Shown here: positions 35,262 through 39,904 of the stretch, one piece after another | How the letters are laid out: the number at the start of each line of letters is the position of its first letter | Position numbering within the stretch: position 1 is the first letter of the stretch | Assembly (NCBI GenBank): GCA_964612655.1 | Contig: CAZTDG010000002.1 | Location: forward strand, 14,957 to 54,860 | DNA: 39,904 nt | From: an uncultured Acidimicrobiales bacterium | Lineage (GTDB): Bacteria > Actinomycetota > Acidimicrobiia > Acidimicrobiales > SHLQ01 | Direction of reading: 5' to 3' | Notes under the pieces: generated by a model | Database searches by the model: none | What the model was told of the DNA's origin: nothing | Seen by the model: the letters and a program-made list of their open reading frames with translations, nothing else | Made by a program: the position numbers and the translations under genes

Positions 35262-35441
35262 CCATCAGGCTTCGACATCGGAAAGTCTCGCCTTAAGGAC
35301 GACCTAGCAAAATGGAAAACAACCGAGGCTGTCCGTCAAGCCGTGGGCGGCTCGACGGTGATGCTCGCGAAGGGCAATCCCCGTCCACCTCCGCTAGCGA
35401 TCTTGCAGGAATCGTTGGTTGGGCCATAGGGTACTCGCACC

Positions 35442-35849
35442 ATGACTAACACACTTCCTAACGGCCTCGTCGAAACGATGGGGCCCGGCACCACTGTGAA
35501 AGAAGCGGTTGATCGGCTGCTCGGTGCCATCGAGGCCAACGAGAAGTTGGGACATATCGCGACGGTCGATCATTCTGCTGGCGCCCAGCGTGTAGGCCTT
35601 GAGCTCGAGCCGACGATCGAAGTGTTTTTCGGTAACCCTGCGGTGGGCACTCCACTGATGCAGCTGGCGCGCACCGCGGCTATCGACCTTCCACAGAAGA
35701 TCGTGATCACCCAAGCCGACGATGGCGTGCGAGTTCTCTACAACGATCCCGCATACCTCGCAGAGCGCCACGGACTCGGTGAAGCACCACAGCTGGAGAT
35801 GGCCGCTGGTGCGTTGGCAAAGCTCGCAAGCGTCGCTGCCGGAATCTAA
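35442..35849 (+). CDS. DUF302 domain protein
   Basis: The product contains VDHSAGAQRVGLELEPTIEVFFGNPAVGTPLM...IDLPQKIVI...VRVLYNDPAYL, typical of DUF302. Confidence 0.75.
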   Translation: MTNTLPNGLVETMGPGTTVKEAVDRLLGAIEANEKLGHIATVDHSAGAQRVGLELEPTIEVFFGNPAVGTPLMQLARTAAIDLPQKIVITQADDGVRVLYNDPAYLAERHGLGEAPQLEMAAGALAKLASVAAGI

Positions 35850-35852
35850 CCA

Positions 35853-35876
35853 CTAGCTCCCACGCGAGGGCGCTAG
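35853..35876 (+). terminator. imperfect hairpin just after the DUF302 stop (possible terminator)
   Basis: CTAGC-T-CCC-acgcga-GGG-c-GCTAG gives 5+3 bp with one mismatch. No U-tract follows. Confidence 0.2.
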
Positions 35877-36021
35877 GTATGGGTGACTCACATGCGGGCC
35901 AGCTGCAGGCTTCGCAGCTCGTCCAACGATGCCATCTCTATCGCTTTATACATCTGTCATTCCACTTATGGAATCTGTGGTCCAAAACCGCGCGCTAGTA
36001 ACGGAAACGGACCACGAACTC

Positions 36022-36762
36022 TTACCAGATCGCCGTTGGGTCCAGATCGATTACTTCGCGCATGCGGGTCATCAGCGGTTGCCAGTCCGCGCTGCGTGTC
36101 GTGCGACCATTTTGTTCGGGGGCGGTGCCCCAAACAATGGGGCCCACTTGGGCCTCGACCGCTGCTACGAAATCCGGCCACCGATCGCCGAAGGCTCCGG
36201 CGGCAACGCTTTGGGCAATCGCATCCTGTTCACCTGCGACCGGTTCGAACAGACCGCCGACCAGCGGCGCGAGGCGCGTCACGCCTTCGACAAGGCGAGC
36301 GCGCGCCACCTCATCGTTGATCAATACCTCGAGCATCTGCTGGGCATGCATGCGATGGAAAAGCTCTTCTCGTTCCACCCGGGCCGCGAGATGGCGCACC
36401 GCAACGATTGAGGACTCAGCGACCAGTTCCCATCGCAACTGATCGGCGAGATCGAACAGCCAATGTCGAGCGAAGGCGGTGGCCCAGTCGTCGGTGAAGT
36501 ACTCGACGAGATGAGACGAGCGGAACTCTCCGCCGGGACGGTCGAAGGCCAGCGCATCGATCGCCTGATCATCGTCGCCCACGAGCAGCTCATAGATGAG
36601 GGCGGCGTGGCCCAACTCGTCTTGTCCGATGCTGCAGAACGCGAGGTCCTCTTCAAGAAATGGGGTCACGCCAATCCATTCGGCGTGTTGTTGACCCATC
36701 AGGTGTTTGTCATCGGCGAGCGCCAGTAGGAACTCACGAACCTGAGGTGAGATCTCAGTCAT
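36022..36762 (-). CDS. paaC: 1,2-phenylacetyl-CoA epoxidase subunit PaaC
   Basis: The product contains LLALADDKHLMGQQHAEWIGVTPFLEEDLAFCSIGQDELGHAALIYELL and VEREELFHRMHAQ. The ATG at 36762 forms an ATGACTGA overlap with the paaB stop. Confidence 0.85.
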   Translation of the reverse strand: MTEISPQVREFLLALADDKHLMGQQHAEWIGVTPFLEEDLAFCSIGQDELGHAALIYELLVGDDDQAIDALAFDRPGGEFRSSHLVEYFTDDWATAFARHWLFDLADQLRWELVAESSIVAVRHLAARVEREELFHRMHAQQMLEVLINDEVARARLVEGVTRLAPLVGGLFEPVAGEQDAIAQSVAAGAFGDRWPDFVAAVEAQVGPIVWGTAPEQNGRTTRSADWQPLMTRMREVIDLDPTAIW

Positions 36763-37048
36763 CGTTGCCTCCGTCTGCGTCCTCTGTGCGGATCGCCTTG
36801 CGCCGGGCGGCAACCGCTGCACCATCGTGATGACGATGGGGCTTGTCGGCATTGGGTCGGACGAATGCGTTGTCGGCGACGATCACGTGCTCGCGGTTCA
36901 CGACCCACAACCGATCGCCCTCGGCACGGCGTGCGTAGGCTTCGCGGGCCATGACGAGGGCTAACTCATCGTTGGCGGCCTCGACTGCGCCGGCGTGGCG
37001 AAACTCATCACGCCCGTCCTTCTTCAAAAACACTTCGTAGGTCGTCAT
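36755..37048 (-). CDS. paaB: 1,2-phenylacetyl-CoA epoxidase subunit PaaB
   Basis: The 97-aa product is MTTYEVFLKKDGRDEFRHAGAVEAANDELALVMAREAYARR...LWVV, trimmed from a 199-aa track ORF that overlaps paaD. Confidence 0.85.
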   Translation of the reverse strand: MTTYEVFLKKDGRDEFRHAGAVEAANDELALVMAREAYARRAEGDRLWVVNREHVIVADNAFVRPNADKPHRHHDGAAVAARRKAIRTEDADGGNDD

Positions 37049-37050
37049 GG

Positions 37051-37572
37051 TTAACTCCGCAGTACTTCGACGGTCTCGCCGCACGCCGTGCAGCGGCTGA
37101 CCGACCGACATCGACTCGGCCCGAACAGCGATTCGTGGGCCGTAGGGGCGCCGCACAACGGACACGCTGGATCCACTCCGCCGATGCGCACGGCGACGGT
37201 GAACTCTCGTGCCACGAGGGTTCGAGCCTTGGGCGTCATCCGGTCGACGGTCCACACCGGGGACCGCAGCCAATCCACGTCGACGTGCTCGACGCCGGGG
37301 ACGGCCAGAACAGCTTGGCGCACATCGTCGGCGATCATGGCCAACGCCGGGCATCCCGAGAACGTTGGGATGAGACCCACCCGCACGGATACACCGTCGA
37401 CTGCGAACTCCTCGAGAAGCCCAAGGTCCACAATCGATACGCCCGGGTATTCGGGGTCATCTACCCGCTGGACTGCGGTGAGGACTTCCGCCTCAGAAAC
37501 GCCGGACCGCGCTGCGAGGCCAGAAGGGGTCTGACCCGCTTGCGCTTCGGTGGCGTGGAGGAGTTCGGTCAT
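37051..37572 (-). CDS. paaD: phenylacetate-CoA oxygenase subunit PaaD (DUF59 domain plus C-terminal Zn-ribbon)
   Basis: The product contains VDDPEYPGVSIVDLGLL...PTFSGCPA...WTVDRMTPKAR...CPLCG...CTACGETVE. Its start forms an ATGA overlap with the paaA stop (37569-37572). Confidence 0.85.
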   Translation of the reverse strand: MTELLHATEAQAGQTPSGLAARSGVSEAEVLTAVQRVDDPEYPGVSIVDLGLLEEFAVDGVSVRVGLIPTFSGCPALAMIADDVRQAVLAVPGVEHVDVDWLRSPVWTVDRMTPKARTLVAREFTVAVRIGGVDPACPLCGAPTAHESLFGPSRCRSVSRCTACGETVEVLRS

Positions 37573-38474
37573 TGGGCCACCATCGCGTCACGTACCCAGC
37601 TACTACGTTCCCAGTTCTCGCGGGCCTCGTTGATGCGGCGAGCCGAATCGGGGCCACCTTGGGCCAGGGTCCGTTTGAGCGGCTCCCAGTCGATCGGCCC
37701 AACGTCCCACTTCTTGGTCTCTTCGTCGTAGGCGAGATCGCCGGAGGGAACCGTGAAGCCATAGCCCTGAAGCATGGGCACGAACTTCTGCACCCACTTA
37801 TCACGCAACACTTCGTTGCGTTCGGACTTGATGTGCCAGCGGAGCAACTTGTCATTCGGCTTCGAGTCCGGACCGAACAGCTGGAGCGCTGGCCAGAACC
37901 AGCGGTCGAGCGCTCCTTGGAAGATCTCGCGTTGGGTGTCGGTGCCCTGCGCGATGCGCATCATGCGATCTTCACCCAGACGCATGTGAAAGCCCTCTTC
38001 GCTGATGATGCGCTTGAGGATCCGCCGGTACGGCCCGTACGAGCAGTTCTTGAAGACCGCCTGTTGACTGGCGAGCGCGGCGGCATCGACGAGGAAGGCG
38101 ATCGCTACCTGGTCTCCCCACGTTTCTGCCTTGTAGTGGAAGACATTATGAAACTTGGACTTCCCGGCGAAGAGGTCCTCGAGCATCTGTTCGCGGTTCT
38201 TGATGCCCATGTCGGCGGCGACCATGTACAGCAGGTGCCCATGGCCAATCTCGTCCTGGGTCTTCGCGAGCACGGCCATCTTGTGGCGAAGCCCCGGCGT
38301 GCGCGGAATCCAGTCGCGCTCGGTCAGGCCGCCCATGAGCTCGGAGTTCGCGTGCATCTCAATGAAGGCGAAGACCGCTTGGCGGTATTCGTCGGGCATA
38401 TCGTCATCGGACTCGACGATCCCCCCGTCGTCCAGAAACGCTTCAAACGCTTCCATATCTGACCAACTACGCAT
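37569..38474 (-). CDS. paaA: 1,2-phenylacetyl-CoA epoxidase catalytic subunit PaaA
   Basis: The di-iron ligand regions are HANSELMG...AKTQDEIGHG and ISEEGFHMRLGE. The size of about 300 aa fits. ATG 38456 is an alternative start. Confidence 0.9.
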   Translation of the reverse strand: MRSWSDMEAFEAFLDDGGIVESDDDMPDEYRQAVFAFIEMHANSELMGGLTERDWIPRTPGLRHKMAVLAKTQDEIGHGHLLYMVAADMGIKNREQMLEDLFAGKSKFHNVFHYKAETWGDQVAIAFLVDAAALASQQAVFKNCSYGPYRRILKRIISEEGFHMRLGEDRMMRIAQGTDTQREIFQGALDRWFWPALQLFGPDSKPNDKLLRWHIKSERNEVLRDKWVQKFVPMLQGYGFTVPSGDLAYDEETKKWDVGPIDWEPLKRTLAQGGPDSARRINEARENWERSSWVRDAMVAQ

Positions 38475-38588
38475 GAAAAGTCCGTTCTGAGTTGCCTTGC
38501 CAGGAGCGAGGGGCGAGCGACGTAAAGGAGCCTCTGGCTAATCGCAGAGAAGCCGGAGGCGTCGATTGCGGCGATAGCACCGACAACA

Positions 38589-39904
38589 TCACAGCCCGAC
38601 CATCGTGAGCACGTCGTAGACGGCGGCAAGTTCGTCGTCCTGGTTGAATACCCGCGTGTCCCAGGCAACTTCGCCATATCCGCGGGCTTCGTGCCAGACC
38701 TTGCGCTTACAGGTGAACACGACATGGATCTCGTCGCCGGGTTTGGTCGGTGTTGCGAACCGCAAACGGTCGAGACCGTAGTTGGCCAACACCGGACCCT
38801 CGGCCGGCTCCACGAAGAGGCCGGCTGCGAAGCTCAGTACCAGGTAGCCGTGGGCGACGATCCCGTCGAAGATCGGGTTACGGGCGGCTGCTTCTTCGTC
38901 CATGTGGGCATAGAACGTGTCACCGGTGAACTCAGCAAAGTGTGTGATGTCCTCGTGGGTGATCACCCGAGACTCGGTCGTGATCGAGTCGCCGACCTCG
39001 AGGTCATCGAAGCCGAGCCGGAAGGGGTGCTGCCCCTTGTCATTCGTTGGTGCGCCAGCGACGTACTCGCCGGTCACTGCGGTCAACATTGCGGGGCTTC
39101 CCTGAACCGCAGTGCGTTGCATGTGGTGATACACCCCACGGATACCGCCCATCTCCGCGCCGCCTCCGGCGCGTCCTGGGCCTCCGTGAACGAGGTGCGG
39201 CAGAGGCGAGCCGTGGCCGGTGCTGTGTGCAGCTGCGGTCTCGTCCACGATGTGCACGCGACCGTGATGTGCGGCAATCCCGAGCGCCACCTTCGACACC
39301 TCGTCGGTGTCGGCGCCGTAGACCGAAGCGACCAGGCTGCCGTCGCCCAGCGCTACGAGGTCGATCGCTTCGTCCAGATCGCTGTACGGGACGAGCGTCG
39401 ACACGGGGCCGAAGGCTTCGGTCTGGTGGATCACATCTGCCCAGCGGTCGGTGGCTCGCAAGAGTGTTGGGGCCAACATCGTCGAGTTACCCGGACCCCC
39501 GACGACAGAGTCTGCCGCCTTCTGAAGCACGCCCACGGCAGCGAGCACTTCTTCTGCTTGGTCGGCGCTCGCGACGGGACCCATGGTCGTTTCGGAATCT
39601 CGGGGATCACCGACCACGACCTTTGCAAGTGTGGCTTCGATCGCTTCGCTCACGTCGTTCATCATCGACTCGGGAACGAATGCCCGGCGGATAGCCGTGC
39701 ATTTCTGGCCGGCCTTAACCGTCATCTCACGAGCAACCTCGGCAACGAAATGATCGAACTCTGGAGTTCCTGGACCGGCGCCAATCGTGAGGACGGCCGA
39801 GTTAAGCGAATCAGCTTCGGCAACGAATGGTACCGATCGGGTGATCACGTTCGAATGCGAGCGGAGCATGTTGGCCGTAGATGCCGATCCGGTGAAGCCG
39901 ACGG
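38589..39904 (-). CDS. paaZ: bifunctional PaaZ-like aldehyde dehydrogenase / MaoC-type hydratase (5' end outside the window)
   Basis: The frame stays open to the window edge (…VGFTGSASTANMLRSH…), so the track M at 39869 is internal. The ALDH catalytic region is KAGQKCTAIRR. The C-terminal MaoC dehydratase region reads ITHFAEFTGDTFYAHMDEEAA...GIVAHGY. Confidence 0.85.
   Translation of the reverse strand, partial: VGFTGSASTANMLRSHSNVITRSVPFVAEADSLNSAVLTIGAGPGTPEFDHFVAEVAREMTVKAGQKCTAIRRAFVPESMMNDVSEAIEATLAKVVVGDPRDSETTMGPVASADQAEEVLAAVGVLQKAADSVVGGPGNSTMLAPTLLRATDRWADVIHQTEAFGPVSTLVPYSDLDEAIDLVALGDGSLVASVYGADTDEVSKVALGIAAHHGRVHIVDETAAAHSTGHGSPLPHLVHGGPGRAGGGAEMGGIRGVYHHMQRTAVQGSPAMLTAVTGEYVAGAPTNDKGQHPFRLGFDDLEVGDSITTESRVITHEDITHFAEFTGDTFYAHMDEEAAARNPIFDGIVAHGYLVLSFAAGLFVEPAEGPVLANYGLDRLRFATPTKPGDEIHVVFTCKRKVWHEARGYGEVAWDTRVFNQDDELAAVYDVLTMVGL

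Noticed and set aside
27597-35849. The accessory-looking block from 27.6 to 35.9 kb could be a mobile or genomic island.
   Set aside because: It has no integrase, transposase, tRNA attachment site or flanking direct repeats. No composition shift from the surrounding genes is apparent to the eye.

Overview
High-GC, gene-dense window of about 40 kb, mostly minus-strand and almost entirely chromosomal housekeeping. The gene order matches the conserved Actinomycetota backbone: aroE-mltG-ruvX-alaS...rarA, then pyrE-aspS-hisS-rel-apt, secF-secD-yajC, and ruvB-ruvA-ruvC. Assigning it to Actinomycetota, possibly Acidimicrobiia-like, is my inference from synteny. Many adjacent genes share 4- or 8-nt start/stop overlaps (GTGA, ATGA, ATGnnTGA), and I used these to trim the over-long ORF-track calls. 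Genes interspersed in the backbone are a lipoprotein-type alpha/beta hydrolase, a His-rich permease plus TIGR03943-type partner, a DUF218/SanA-like gene, a divergent Ppx/GppA-HD gene, and a queA-tgt pair. An accessory-looking stretch at 27.6-35.9 kb holds a small membrane protein, a metal-dependent hydrolase, a Cys-rich protein, cspA, a non-Pyl MttB-family methyltransferase, DUF2797, an adenylate-forming ligase, a secreted RTX-CAP fusion and DUF302. The right end carries a phenylacetyl-CoA epoxidase cluster in the unusual order paaZ-paaA-paaD-paaB-paaC, with no paaE in the window. I saw no rRNA, tRNA, CRISPR array, transposase, integrase or recognisable defence or toxin-antitoxin genes. I cannot point to a convincing novel multi-gene system. 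The observations most worth follow-up are these: (1) hisS is split by a frameshift at a GTGT dinucleotide run. (2) An orphan MttB homologue sits next to DUF2797 and an adenylate-forming ligase. (3) The paa cluster is reshuffled and lacks paaE. (4) The His-rich permease pair is functionally unassigned. (5) Two AT-rich near-perfect palindromes lie directly 3' of minus-strand stop codons. (6) A window-truncated DUF4388-like gene missing from the ORF track carries perfect 21-bp tandem repeats. All domain assignments rest on motif recognition by eye and need HMM or BLAST confirmation.
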